A stretch of 64,000 nucleotides of DNA from Tubiluchus corallicola (lineage: Eukaryota; Animalia; Priapulida). Made by a program: the position numbers and the translations under genes. How positions within the stretch are numbered: position 1 is the stretch's first letter; every line of letters starts with the position of its first letter. Shown in pieces: positions 1 through 12,451 of this stretch. The notes under the pieces were generated by a model. The model was given only the letters and a program-made list of their open reading frames with translations, searched no databases and was not told where the DNA came from. The stretch is from NCBI GenBank assembly GCA_030141605.1, contig JAQGDQ010000417.1, positions 62,001-126,000 on the forward strand, in the 5' to 3' direction.

Positions 1-405
1 CCTAGAGCCCCTGAAGCTGCAGTATCCAATAACCCTAGTGTAGGCTACTGCCTAGGGCCCTGAAGCTGCAGTATCCAATAACCCTAGTGTAGGCTTCTGC
101 CTAGTGCCCTGAAGCTGCAGTATCCAATAACCCTAGTGTAGGCTACTGCCTAGGGCCCTGAAGCTGCAGTATCCAATAACCCTAGTGTAGGCTACTGCCT
201 AGGGCCCTTAAGCTGCAGTATCCAATAACCCTAGTATAGGCTGCTGTCCAGAGCCCCTGAAGCTGCAGTATCCAATAACCCTAATGTAGGCTACTGCCTA
301 GTGCCCTGAAGCTGCAGTATCCAATAACCCTAATGTAGGCTACTGCCTAGTGCCCTGAAGCTGCAGTATCCAATAACCCTAATGTAGGCTGCTGCCTAGG
401 GCCCC
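1..405. repeat. 49-50 bp minisatellite, about 8 copies, continuing off the window
   Basis: Unit CCTAGGGCCCTGAAGCTGCAGTATCCAATAACCCTAGTGTAGGCTACTG. Confidence 0.95.
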
Positions 406-914
406 TGAATCTTTGGGGATGGGGAACTGGAGGGCTCTGTTAAAAGATTTTTAAATTACATTTTTTTGAAAAATGAGTATAATATTTTAATATTCTGCAT
501 TGCTAAACAATTCATTTAACTTAAAAAAATAATATTCCCATTTTAAAAAAGTGGCTCCTGCTGTGGCTCCTTATTTGGGATAAGGAGCACCTGTTTGAGG
601 CCTTTTATTTGAGATAAAGGTCCCTTACTTGAGGCCCTTTATTTGAGATAAGGGCCCTTGTTTAAAGTCCTTTATTTGGGGAGTTCGAGCACATTACAGA
701 GTGGCTCCATCCAAGAGGAAGCCCCATAATTTCATTAGCCAACGGGCCCCAAAAGGTCATAATTCAGCCCTGACTGCAAAGCTATAATTAAAAATTGGCA
801 AACACAAACAACAATATCACATTTAAGACATAAGTTGGATGCAAGACATTAAGATTTAAGTTGGATTGTCGCTACTTAGCTATCGTGGTTTTTAGGGCCT
901 GTAGGCTTACTCAC

Positions 915-996
915 CGTTAAAAGGATACTTCAATATGTCTTCTTGTTGTTGATTATCAATACTGTGATGCCGTTTGCCTTGTAAAGTTCTCAGCAT
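915..996 (-). CDS. Possible first coding exon of a downstream neighbouring gene (MLRTLQGKRHHSIDNQQQEDILKYPFN)
   Basis: ATG with A at -3 at 996, open frame to a consensus donor ACG|GTGAGT at 914; no homology recognised. Confidence 0.3.
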
Positions 997-1189
997 AATT
1001 TCACGGCTAATTTTCTTCCCTTTTTCAGAAATAGTTCCACAAGAACTCCTTCTTTTTCATCACAATCACACACACAATGATGAATGGCAAAATAATGGCT
1101 TTAATCATTCATTGTGTTAATTGTGACACGACTGTTCATTATTCATTGTTAATTGTCGTTTCCGTTTTTCATTGCTTTTGGTTATATAA

Positions 1190-1550
1190 GCCTTTTCACA
1201 GTCTCAGCGATCGATGATGACCGGTAAAAGGTCAAAGGTTAAGTGTACCAGCCAATGCATTTGTGTACACTTGACAACGCTTCGTAGCCCAAGCTATTGT
1301 AAGAGTAACAGTTTTAACAGCTAGCTAGGACCTTACCTAGTTCATTTTTCTTGTTCCTAAGCAAGATCCTGCTAGTAAATCACTCTATGCATAATTAAGT
1401 AAAGTCAACGTAAAACAACTGAATTACTGAACTAATGCATTACTTTACCCACATGTCATGTGACGGTTGTTGCTAAGACGCGTTGCTGTGCTATACTTAA
1501 ACTTTGACCTACACCAACTGCACATGCACACAACGAAACTGTGATAAGGC
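1190..1550. mobile_element. PIF/Harbinger-like MITE
   Basis: TIR GCCTT(T/A)TCACAGT, TAA on both sides; second copy at about 32016-32399. Confidence 0.8.
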
Positions 1551-2010
1551 TAATTACATGATGTTTAATGATATCATGTGTTCTTCATTTGTGTAAGATA
1601 CTTTTTTATTGTATTCATGGCAATAAATTTTTTGTACTGCCTTCAAGATTCTTAAGGGTACAATCATAGATTTAAATGCCACATATGCAGTGTGACAGAT
1701 TGCTTGCCTGCAATACTTCAAGTGTGTTCAATAGGTCCCATCTTGGATTCAAGAACTGTTTTTGTCGTATGCTGTTTTTGTATTGTACAGTACAAGATTG
1801 CACCTATTGTTGTCTGACTTTTGATGACTTTTGCACCGTCTTCAAGATAATCAAAGGTATAACCGTAGGTTTAAATTGTCATGCTTGCACAGAGAGAGAT
1901 TACCAGACTGTATATCCAACAATACTTCAAGTGAGTCGCTCAAGGGCTGTTTTTGCCTAACAATCAAATGCAGGTTTTGTATCACACAACACAATGCCCA
2001 CTGTTTGCTG

Positions 2011-2805
2011 CATAGAATTTGCATTAGAACATGACATCTATTGTTTGCCATACAAAAACCATAGAATTTGCATTAGAACATGGCATCAATTGTTTGCCAT
2101 ACAAGAACCATAGAATTTGCATTAGAACATGACATATATTGTTTGCCATACAAGAACCATAGGATTTGCATTAGAACATGACATCTATTGTTTGCCATAC
2201 AAGAACCATAGGATTTGCATTAGAACATGACATCTATTGTTTGCCATACAAGAACCATAGGATTTGCATTAGAACATGACATCTATTGTTTGCCATACAA
2301 AAACCATAGAATGTGCATTAGAACATGACATCTATTGTTTGCCATACAAAAACCATAGAATGTGCATTAGAACATGGCATCAATTGTTTGCCATACAAGA
2401 ACCATAGAATTTGCATTAGAACATGGCATCAATTGTTTGCCATACAAGAACCATAGGATTTGCATTAGAACATGGCATCTATTGTTTGCCATACAAAAAC
2501 CATAGGATTTGCATTAGAACATGACATCTATTGTTTGCCATACAAAAACCATAGAATTTACATTCAAACATGGCATCAATTGTCTGGCATACAAAGACAA
2601 TAGAATTTGCATTAGACCATAGTGCGAATTTTTTGCCATACAAAAACCATAGAATTTGCATTAGAACATGGCATCAATTGTTTGCCATACAAAAACCATA
2701 GAATTTGCATTAGAACATGGTATCCGTTGTTTGCCATACGAAGACCATAGAATTTGGATTAGAACATAGTGCAAATTTTTTGCCATACAAGAACCATAGA
2801 ATTTG
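2011..2805. repeat. 49-bp minisatellite, about 16 copies
   Basis: Unit CATAGAATTTGCATTAGAACATGACATCTATTGTTTGCCATACAAAAAC. Confidence 0.95.
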
Positions 2806-3075
2806 TACAGTTAAAACGTGGCAGCCAAAGTTGTGCCACGTTTTGGACGAGGCAGCAATCTCTCTCTCTGCACATGCGTTGCATTTAAGTCTGTGGATGC
2901 AACAAAGTTTCGCCCTACTTGTAACGTTTAAACATCTTTTTTTGTGAATGAGACGATCAGGTGTAAGACACACAACATTACTAGCATTTTGTTATGATTA
3001 TCAATATATCGGTGGCACAGTTTACCACGACACATTTCCAAAGCAATAAAACACACTGAAGAAGTCTGAAAATAC

Positions 3076-3081
3076 TTTATT
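3076..3081 (-). promoter_or_regulatory. Putative poly(A) signal of the myosin XVIII mRNA
   Basis: AATAAA on the minus strand followed about 25-55 nt later by a GU/U-rich element (GTGTGTTTTATTGCTTTGG); implies a 3' UTR of about 2.7 kb. Confidence 0.5.
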
Positions 3082-4561
3082 TTAGTAATTATTCCAAACA
3101 AATGAATTCAACTTGTTAAGGTAGTCAATAAAGATGACAAATAAACCAGCCTTAACAATGGAAAATCAATAATTGCACCTATTATTACACATATATACAA
3201 CCAATAAAGAATTAATAATTGTTATTATAACTCGTGCAATGTGTAACTTTAACATGTGCTGTTCTTATCGGGCCCAAAACCATCGTTAACACATTCACCG
3301 CATTTTATTATACATCACATTTTGACTAAAATGAAGCCGCATCATGAGAAACTGGTTTTAATCACAGTTAGAATGCTTAACGAGGAGCACAGAATAATTT
3401 ACAACAAAAACTCTCGAAAATACAGTTATTTTTGAGGATGAAGATAAAAAAGTGTAACTACTAGAACTGTAAATAACCATTATTATTATTATAAACATTA
3501 CTGCTTAACTATAGCAAGAAATGAAGAATGTGTTAGGAAAGAAAGTTTGAATGATAAACTCAATAACTATCAAGAAAATATTGAACACGGCGACAAAACA
3601 TCAAAACTTGGAAATCACATTCAAAAAGATGACGTTTATACAAGCAATTCTACTGCCTTGGTTAAATGGTCTCATCGAAAACACGATTTTCGAATTGCAC
3701 CATGACACGAGTTCACTGCCTTGCTTGGCCGAACGTGGGAAAATCTTTCACAACTTGTAATAAAGGGGCTAGAGTTTTTGAAATGCTAGTTAACCGTCAT
3801 TTAAAGACCATTTCAAAAGCTTTTTCAGTATAACAGAATTAGATAGGTTTACTGAATGTATGACTTATCTAGACAACACCAAAATCCATTTTTATATACC
3901 TATTAAATTACATATCCCCAATTCACAATTTACAACACACATTATTCAAACGCAAACTTACAAACAATCACTAAATTACACATGCCGTCAATTCATTTAT
4001 ACATTTCCTACACTGTGAATAGCTAACAATACTTATATAACTAACAAATTATGAACTTTAGTAGGTCTAACCAGATAACAGCACCAAAAGAGTAAAATTA
4101 GTAACTATTGTGTTAAACTTATACCAAACCTAAGCAGGTGCGGAAGTTTTTCCTGTCAAGTTAAATGACATTTTGTTTAAACGGACATGGCAAAGAGCAA
4201 ATGATTCATTTTAAACTAATCAGCATGAATTCCATACTGACTATTGTCATCAAACATAATGATATATAATATAGCCTATATTAGACACGACAGTGATGTA
4301 ATCTAGTAAAACGTTTATTTACGCCATTGAAATCCTAATCCTAACAAAAATCAGCTATGACTTTTACAGATGATCAAATAATCTATCGTAGTCGGATGCA
4401 ACAGTTCAGCAATAAAAATGAAAAGCAACAAAACAGGTCAAACAACTGTACGTGAGTGTGTTAATAAGTTAAGCAACGTTATCGTAGTTACGCTATATTT
4501 TACTATTCGTATCTTTCCATTATAGAACTTGAAGCAACTCGGCTCAGTTGGCACAACAGCA

Positions 4562-5098
4562 CAGTGGCGACTCGTAGCTAAAATTAGTGGGGGGGGGGGC
4601 TGCTTCAGAAAATGTTTACCCATTGTTTTAATACTGTGTAAAATGAAACAAACGTGTGTAATTATGATGTTGTATTTGTAATTTTAAACAAATAAACTAA
4701 TTTAAACATAACCTTGCTAAACTTCTAAACAAAAAATCTTGTTTTCTTACAAATAGCCTGAATTGTCGCAGTTCAAGAACATGCTGATACACGGCTTTTA
4801 AACACGTGACAACTGACAACACGTACTGCAGTGAGCGACAGTACTCTTTCTACCTAAAGTACAGCGTCTTATCTCAGACATGTGCGCATGCGGCAAGCCA
4901 AACATCACGTTGCTGGAGCGATGAACGCAATGTACTGGGCTGTGAGGCAAACAGTACTTCCCTCACGTGCTCAGGTTCCGTACAAGTATAAAGAAAGAAC
5001 TAAAGAAAAAAGACTTACTATATTGAACATTATCCATAATAATGAGTGAAAACAGAGGGCGCTGCAATACCACAGTACCTATACACGAGCCGCCACTG
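4562..5098. mobile_element. hAT-like MITE in the predicted 3' UTR
   Basis: TIR CAGTGGCGACTCGT / ACGAGCCGCCACTG; perfect 8-bp TSD CAACAGCA. Confidence 0.9.
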
Positions 5099-5744
5099 CA
5101 ACAGCAGATGAACAAGTGTTCTTTACAGCAAAAAATTTTCCCTATCAAAAGCGAGGAACCATTTTGAATCCGTTTGTCAAAAATAATTTCTTGATCGATT
5201 TTCAAACAGGTGTAACAACACAAACAAATCTCTCAATGCATCTTACGAGTAATTAGTACCACACCTATACTTAGGATGCCTTATTCGACTGCACACCCTT
5301 GTAAACTGGGTGAGAATTTACTACAATATGTCAAGTGCAGAGACTGTTCAGCACTGTATATTGCACATACCAAGATTTACACAATGCACTGTTTTAGATA
5401 ATTAGTATGAAGAATCAAAGTCAGAAGGACGATACCGAAATCGATCGATGCCAGACAAAATCAATCGATGCCAGTATGTTGATATCAACTGTGGCTAAAA
5501 CAGACGTAGAGAAACTAGGTTATCGACACGTTAAGTTTGCTAAGAACAAGGCATAAATACTAATTTCAAGGCACAGCCTCAACACGTGTAACACGCTAAT
5601 AGTGTCCAGATTATAAGTTCATAAAACGGGTCACCCGATCACATGTCTCAATGGTTCTGGAAATATTTTTCTCACTAACCAGCCTAATCACGAAGTCAAT
5701 CACGTCGACCAGTCACCGAGAACGAACTGGTACCAAGAAGCCAA

Positions 5745-5808
5745 TCAACAAGCTGATTCATCAGCATCTCCTGCTGCTTTTTTATCTCCTAGTACATGCA
5801 TCGTCTTA
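5745..5808 (-). CDS. MYO18: Myosin XVIII terminal coding exon
   Basis: poly-T tract plus CAG acceptor, phase 2 fits; SKTMHVLGDKKAAGDADESAC then TGA at 5747-5745. Confidence 0.75.
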
Positions 5809-6545
5809 CTGCAAAAAAAACAAATAATTTTTTAAACGTAATGCTATAAGTGGCGATGAATGCTCATGTGGATCATTCTCGTGCGTGACATGCGCTAAAT
5901 ACAAGTCCAACAGTCTCTTAAATGTAATTTATGGTTTTTTATTGTCCAAAATGGGCAATCATCGTCTCATCACAAAATCACTCTCACATCATGACATATT
6001 TGACTGACTGACTGACATATTATGTGCGACTCGACTTCGTTTTATCTGAAGCAAATAAAATTATTTTCTGCTAATCCAATTAATTACTAAAATAAAAATG
6101 TGTAATAATGTTATGAAATATGAAGAAATCAAACTTACATCTTTGCCGCATCTTACCAACTTGCTAAAGAGAACTCGACTGACAAAATTTTGTTATAAAA
6201 CGACATGACGTACAGAACAAGAATGACTTCTTTCCTATCCTGTCTGCAAAATTAGGCCAATGGCCAATTTCCTGTCCTAGTTCATCTGTCTATCAACAAC
6301 TTAATTTTGCAAAAAACAAACACAAGGAGGCACCACACGCTTATATCTAAAACGAAGTTCCTTAAATTTTGTTTGACTTGTCAAATATAAACCAGTCAGA
6401 AGTCAACTCGCTCAGTAAGTAAAAGCAATACTTCAATAACTTATCGTATACCGTATATACTCATGTACAAGTCGAATTTTTGGGAGGAGATTTTAAGGTG
6501 AAGTTTTTGGGGTCGACTTAAACTTACGATATGTAGTCAACGTAC

Positions 6546-6680
6546 CTCGGTGCGCTGGAGCTGCTTGCTACGGTGCTGCTGCTAGCGCTGGACGTGCTCC
6601 GTGGACGACTTCGTTTCACCGGCGACATGTTATGCTTAACTAAGAAATCGTCGATGTCGGATTCACTGCTATTGTCGCCG
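6546..6680 (-). CDS. MYO18: Myosin XVIII penultimate exon, Ser-rich tail
   Basis: TAG/GTACG, 135 nt, phase 2-2; GDNSSESDIDDFLVKHNMSPVKRSRPRSTSSASSST; an alternative in-frame donor lies 18 nt further on. Confidence 0.82.
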
Positions 6681-6805
6681 CTAAAAACAAAAGGGAAATT
6701 TGAAAATTGATAAAAATTTATGAATCTTATCGGCACGTATGTGCGTTGATGGCTTGAAAGCTAAAAATCTGCATATTGACTAATAAATCCTACCAATGTA
6801 TATAA

Positions 6806-7449
6806 CAGTAATTCCTCACTTAACGACTCACCGTTTCGTTTTAACGGCGATTTTTTTACTTTGCTCAAAGCCAATTTTTATTTCATCACCAACTTTTTTT
6901 ACCTAATTCGAAGCATCAAAACGGTACGTATCGCTGTCTAAAAACAAACTAGTAACGTAAACAGTGCAATTATTATGCAAGTATACGTTTTTGCTTCCCT
7001 ACCTGACCACTAAATGCTAGGCGTTTGTATCAAGAGAGAGACCTGGGAGTAAATTTTATGCAAGGAATTTTGCCTGCAACCTGTTGCTATAGTAACCAGA
7101 CTAGATAAAATCCCCAAGGTCGCCCAGCGCTTGGCTTTGACTCTGCTGCAGTGTTTATTGTTTGACCGCTGCCCACCCTTAAATGTTAACGAAAGAGAAA
7201 CCGCTAGCTAGGTAAGTAAAATATATAGGTGGTTTCAAGCAAACAGAAAGAAATTAATCAGTAGAAACATGAGTGAAACTCATAAAACCTTTAATTTATA
7301 TGATTTAAGCAGCATTGATTTGTGCCTCTCGAACGTATCCTAGTTCTACCACATTACTTTCTATGGAAGTGTTGGCTTCGTTTAACAACGTTTCACTTAG
7401 CATCGTGTTTTGCTAGATCGCATTAGCGTCGTTAAGTGAGGACTTACTG
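6806..7449. mobile_element. Tc1/pogo-like MITE
   Basis: TIR CAGTAA(T/G)TCCTCACTTAACGAC, TA at the right end; homologous copy at 52233-52940. Confidence 0.8.
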
Positions 7450-7636
7450 TATCTAAAAATGCACTCAATTTTTTGCCTAGTCTAATTAGTTTATTTTATT
7501 TTCACAAAACAGCTGACAACATAGAAACTCTACCTGCAATAACCTTGCAGATTATACAGTGTTTCAAGAAAACAGTTTTTCAGACGCAATTATACATTAT
7601 TTTATTTTATGCACGAACACAGAAACTGTGGCACAC

Positions 7637-7776
7637 CTGTTGTAATCAACAGCATCGCTGTCGGTCGCTAGATCATCCTCCAGTGCTCCGTGAAGATCAT
7701 CAATTCTCTTGAAGGCAAGCTTTAGATCATTCTGTAGCTGTTCAGTAATAACCTCACTGTTCTGCAGGGCCAATTC
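7637..7776 (-). CDS. MYO18: Myosin XVIII exon, end of coiled coil
   Basis: TAG/GTGTG, 140 nt, phase 0-2; LQNDLKLAFKRIDDLHGALEDD, matching MYO18A DLKLAFKRIGDLQAAIEDE. Confidence 0.94.
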
Positions 7777-7920
7777 CTACATAAGATGAAATTAAAAACT
7801 AAAAGCGATTTATGAAAATTAAATTAATGTACTTTTTCCCATTCTTAGATGTTCACAGCTTCATTTCACAGTAACAAAAATTTCAAAACTAACGAAATGC
7901 AGAAATATCTTTAACACACA

Positions 7921-8473
7921 GTACTATAAACATTACAGTACTGAATGCAAGGACTATAAACATTACAGTACTGAATGCAAGGACTATAAACATTACAGTA
8001 CTGAATGCAAGGGCTATAAACATTACAGTACTGAATGCAAGGGCTATAAACATTACAGTACTGAATGCAAGGACTATAAACATTACAGTACTGAATGCAA
8101 GGACTATAACCATTACAGTACTGAATGCAAGGACTATAAACATTACAGTACTGAATGCAAGGGCTATAAACATTACAGTATTGAATGCAAGGACTATAAA
8201 CATAACAGTACTGAATGCAAGGACTATAACCATTACAGTACTGAATGCAAGGACTATAAACATTACAGTACTGAATGCAAGGGCTATAAACATTACAGTA
8301 CTGAATGCAAGGGCTATAAACATTACAGTACTGAATGCAAGGACTATAAACATAACAGTACTGAATGCAAGGACTATAAACATTACAGTGCTGAATGCAA
8401 GGACTATAAACATAACAGTGATGAATACAAGGACTATAAACATAACAGTACTGAATGCAAGGACTATAAACAT
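7921..8473. repeat. 30-bp minisatellite, about 18 copies
   Basis: Unit GGACTATAAACATTACAGTACTGAATGCAA. Confidence 0.95.
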
Positions 8474-8568
8474 GCTAACTGTTAACGATGTATATTTTAG
8501 CTAAAATATGGGGTAGGATCTGAAAAATCGGTCTGTTTTGCATAGAAATAAGCTAAAACGCTTCATAC

Positions 8569-8754
8569 CAAGTCGTTTTTACGTTGTGTGGCTTCGCACT
8601 CTTTGCGCTGCAACTCCGCATGCTCCTCCTTCAAATCTCGCAGCTCCTTCTGGAGGCGCTTCACGTCGTCTGACAGCCGAGTCTCCGTACCCCGACTGTT
8701 TTCTTTCTCTGTCTGGAATCGTTCGATCACTTCTTTCAACCGCGTAATATTTGC
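8569..8754 (-). CDS. MYO18: Myosin XVIII exon, coiled coil
   Basis: CAG/GTATG, 186 nt, phase 0-0; ANITRLKE...KRLQKELRDLKEEHAELQRKECEATQRKNDL. Confidence 0.94.
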
Positions 8755-8932
8755 CTGCAATTAAAACCGGAAATATCGTAGCGTTTTCTCATACTGCATG
8801 CCAGAATTCAGCTGTTAATGGCAAGGCCCATTTAACGAGTGTGGCAGTACTGGACATTAGCTGATTGTCAATGGCAATCTTCTAAGATGAAATACTAAAC
8901 CAGCAAACTTGTCATAGTCACGTTCTGAAGTA

Positions 8933-9294
8933 CACTTATATCTTGGTCTGCTAGACAAAAGCGGGGAGACGTCGGTCCGAATTTGCTGATTGTCCGTATT
9001 TACCAATACTGAGCTAATACAGTAGGTGCCATGTATCAGACTCACGGTAATGTAGAATCAATCACCTAACTGTCTCAAAAACATCTAGTACGGGCGGCTC
9101 TTGACGTACAAGCTACACACTCTGCATGCTTGCACTGATGCAATGATGTAAACAAAGTGACATCCCGCCAACTAGCGGTCAGCTTGCAAAACAATGGATT
9201 GTGTACGTAGTATGCAGGATTCTTAGCGGTCCAGATTTTGTTCAATTTTTCCCATATCCGTAAAAGCGAGGTCTGGCAAACCGAGATATGAGTG
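8933..9294. mobile_element. TA-flanked MITE (Tc1/mariner-like) with CACT(C/T)ATATCT TIR
   Basis: TA-CACTTATATCTTGGTCTGCTAGAC ... GTCTGGCAAACCGAGATATGAGTG-TA; second copy at 16116-16491; solo end near 34005-34044. Confidence 0.8.
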
Positions 9295-10159
9295 TATGTA
9301 CAATCATGTATTCTTTCTGCTATCAGTAAACTAAACAGCACGGGGGCAAAGTGACCACAGTGACTGGGGACAGAGTGACCAGAGTGACCGGGGGAAAATG
9401 ACCACAGTGACCGGGGGCAGAGTGACCACAGTGACCGGGGGCAAAGTGACAAATGAGCTGGTCCATGTGCAGATTTTTTGAAGGTCACACATTTATTTAC
9501 TGATTAAATCCAGTGTTGAAGCATATTGAACTGGTATTACTACGAAATTCTTTATGTCAAAAATGAACAGATTTTTAGATGAAATCTATACGATGTTGTT
9601 TATAATTTTTTTTGTTTACGATGATGTTTTCATTTGCAATACAAAGTTTTTTATAAATAATACAGGACCGAATTCGACTTAGCTCGAGAATCAGAGGCTC
9701 AAATTCCAGGATAGCCTAGCGGTCTTTACACTCCGTATTATGATGATTCAATTTGTGCAGTTGTTCGTTAATGTAATTAATTACTTAACGGATGAAATCA
9801 TCTTAGATGTCATTAGACTTCCTTTAGTTTACTTTTGACTTTGATCCATGTGTGCAGTATGACACACTTTCCATTCAAAAAATCAATAACTTTATCATGT
9901 GGTAATGAAATTCATCGAGTTTCGAGTGTGTGTGCATGCGTGCGTGTGTGTGTGTGTGTGTGTGTGCACGTGCGTGTGTGTGCATGTGTGTGTAATGAAC
10001 TGTTTATGAACTAACTGCATATACTTCTTAAGTACAGCTAAGTTAAAAGAAATCACGTCATGATATCTTTATTAAAATTATTTCTTCATTCTTTGTTTCT
10101 TTATTCTTCATGAAAAACCAAAAATAAAAACTGCGATATTTTAGAAAAATTATCTCTAC

Positions 10160-10381
10160 CTCAAGTCGTTTCTTTGCTACTTGTTCTACGTCAAGTTTTC
10201 CCTCTAAATCCTTCACTCTATTCTCTAGACGGAAAACCTGTTGCTTGTCTATCATCGTCTCTTCCACTCCGTTCAGCTTCATGCTCATTTCGGAGACTTT
10301 CTCGCGGAGGAGGGAACACTCCGACTGCAGGGACTCGATGAGAACCGACTGCTCGTTCAGGGTGATTTGATCTGCTGATTG
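10160..10381 (-). CDS. MYO18: Myosin XVIII exon, coiled coil
   Basis: TAG/GTAGA, 222 nt, phase 0-0; QSADQITLNEQ...MIDKQQVFRLENRVKDLEGKLDVEQVAKKRLE. Confidence 0.93.
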
Positions 10382-10521
10382 CTAAAGATAAAAGAATTAA
10401 GATTCGTTAACGGTAAAACAGATGATATACTAAGCAGACTTTGCTCTGTTTTTAGTAATAACATATGTGTGCTTGCAAGCCAAAATCGTCAGTGAGTCGG
10501 CATAGTTAAATCTATGTTATG

Positions 10522-11007
10522 CAGGGATGAGAATGACAAATTGCAAAAAAATCTGAAAGAGGCCAGGGGTTTGGGCAGCCAGCCACAAATTGCAATTTTG
10601 TGACCATAGAACCATAGAGAGCTTCTAAGTGGACTTAAAATATCAATTACCTTGTTTCATGCATAATTTAAAATACCCAACTATCAAGGATACATGATAC
10701 CTAATTGTCTTAAAAACGCCCAAGTATTGGCCGCTCCTATGCAAAAGTATATAAAAACTGTCTGCAATTGACTCAAATAACTCTGCACAATTGATTCTAT
10801 ATTTTTATACATAGAGATATACACTTGGTTACACTGATGTACGTGATGTAAACAAAGTGACGGTCTGCCAACTAGCGGTCAGTTTGTGAAATAATGTGCT
10901 GGGTCCGTAAAAATTTTCTCAACGAATTTACGTGATTTACAAAAATGGAACTACTGGTCTTCCAAAAACTTGGAATTCCGCGTATCCGCGGAAAATTCTC
11001 ATCCCTG
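10522..11007. mobile_element. CAGGGATGAGAAT MITE, 6-bp TSD (hAT6-like), copy 1
   Basis: 13-bp TIR CAGGGATGAGAAT; GTTATG on both sides. Confidence 0.88.
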
Positions 11008-11826
11008 GTTATGATGCTTCAAACCAGAATGCATCAAAAATACTAAACATATTGGACTTCTATATTCTAGCATCAAATCATTAGTAAAAGTTCAAAAAAA
11101 TACTGACAATTTATTTTAAAACTCCTTACCCTTCTCTCTAGCTAAAATCTATTATTGCAATTGCGAAAAAGTCATATTTTCAAACTCCGATACCTCAAGA
11201 AAGCAGTCATTCTGCCCATAGTGTTTACTACTATTTCAGTTAATAAGCTCAGATCTTCGTCAGGAAGAGCCATCTACTGGATTTAAACATAACTTCAAAG
11301 TGTTCTTGCAAGTCTATAGCAATCAACCTTTTATAACAGAGGCTAAATGTTTTATAGAAATGCTACAAAAAACAATGGCTGACTTTAACAGTGATTTTCT
11401 CAAGGTTATTTTTTTCATGGTGCAGCCTGCACCTCAACTTCAACGTGGATTATCTCAGCTTAGAAATAACATGGAGCGATGAACTTTGTATCAAAATGAT
11501 CCTAATGTAATGGAGATTCAGGATATGTGAATAACTAGAAAAGCTTAATTGCCGACTTACAGACGATTTTGCTTTGCAAACGCACATTTAATGATGTGAT
11601 TAAACTCTTTGTTTTCAGAGTAAATTTAAGCAAACAACATAAAAATAACTTAGGATTTTAACGTAACAGAAAATGCATAATTTAACAAAAAATTATAAAT
11701 TAAAAAATTATACTAATTCTTTCTTCTATAACAAGTTCTAACACGCATTCATCCATTACATACTATGCAGCAGAAAGATAATTTTATGTTGCATAGATAT
11801 AAACAAGAAATTGCAATAAGGGAAAC

Positions 11827-11943
11827 CTTTGCCGTGGCAGCTTTGTACTTCTTCATCAAGTCTTGCATGTCTTCCTGTTCTTCTTCTAGTTTACTTTCGA
11901 GCTCGTTGCGTTCTCTGGTTATGTCTGTGAGCTTATCTTCGAC
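11827..11943 (-). CDS. MYO18: Myosin XVIII exon, coiled coil
   Basis: CAG/GTTTC, 117 nt, phase 0-0; VEDKLTDITRERNELESKLEEEQEDMQDLMKKYKAATAK. Confidence 0.93.
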
Positions 11944-12451
11944 CTGCAAGACATGTAAACTATTAACAGTAAACAACAACAATAGGTAAAATAAACAACA
12001 TGTAAACAATACTTACAAAATTGCAAAAAAACAATAAGGAATAGAAGTGTTAAATACATGACGTGATCTTCACATAAAACCACGCAAAGAACAACTGCTG
12101 GGTTTAATATACGTGGCATATTAGAAAATGTGGTCATATCAATTATAAAATACTCGTAATTTACGGAAAGGAACATGTACCAGTTAATTATGTGTCAGTA
12201 GCAAAAATTTGTGATTAAAAATCACGATGTTGATACACCAAACACTCGCTAAAGAAACATGATAAGTCCTCGCTTAGCAACGTTTACATAAAACTCATAA
12301 AACGTTTTATTAATACGGACTAAACAGTACTGACTTTTGGCCCTGAAACGTATCACAGTACTTTTACGTTTACTTCTGAAATATTGATTTCATTTAATAC
12401 GCTTTTACGCTTAACAACGCGTTTTACCCAAATGCATCGGTGTCACTAAAT

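Noticed and set aside
1630-1940. Diverged ~210-bp duplication with LEVL-containing frames
   Set aside because: Both copies contain stops and no identifiable domain; treated as an old local duplication.
7889-8504. 194-aa hydrophobic repeat ORF (MFIVLAFSTV)n and its antisense ORF
   Set aside because: Translation of a 30-bp intronic minisatellite; the myosin exons either side splice in frame without it.
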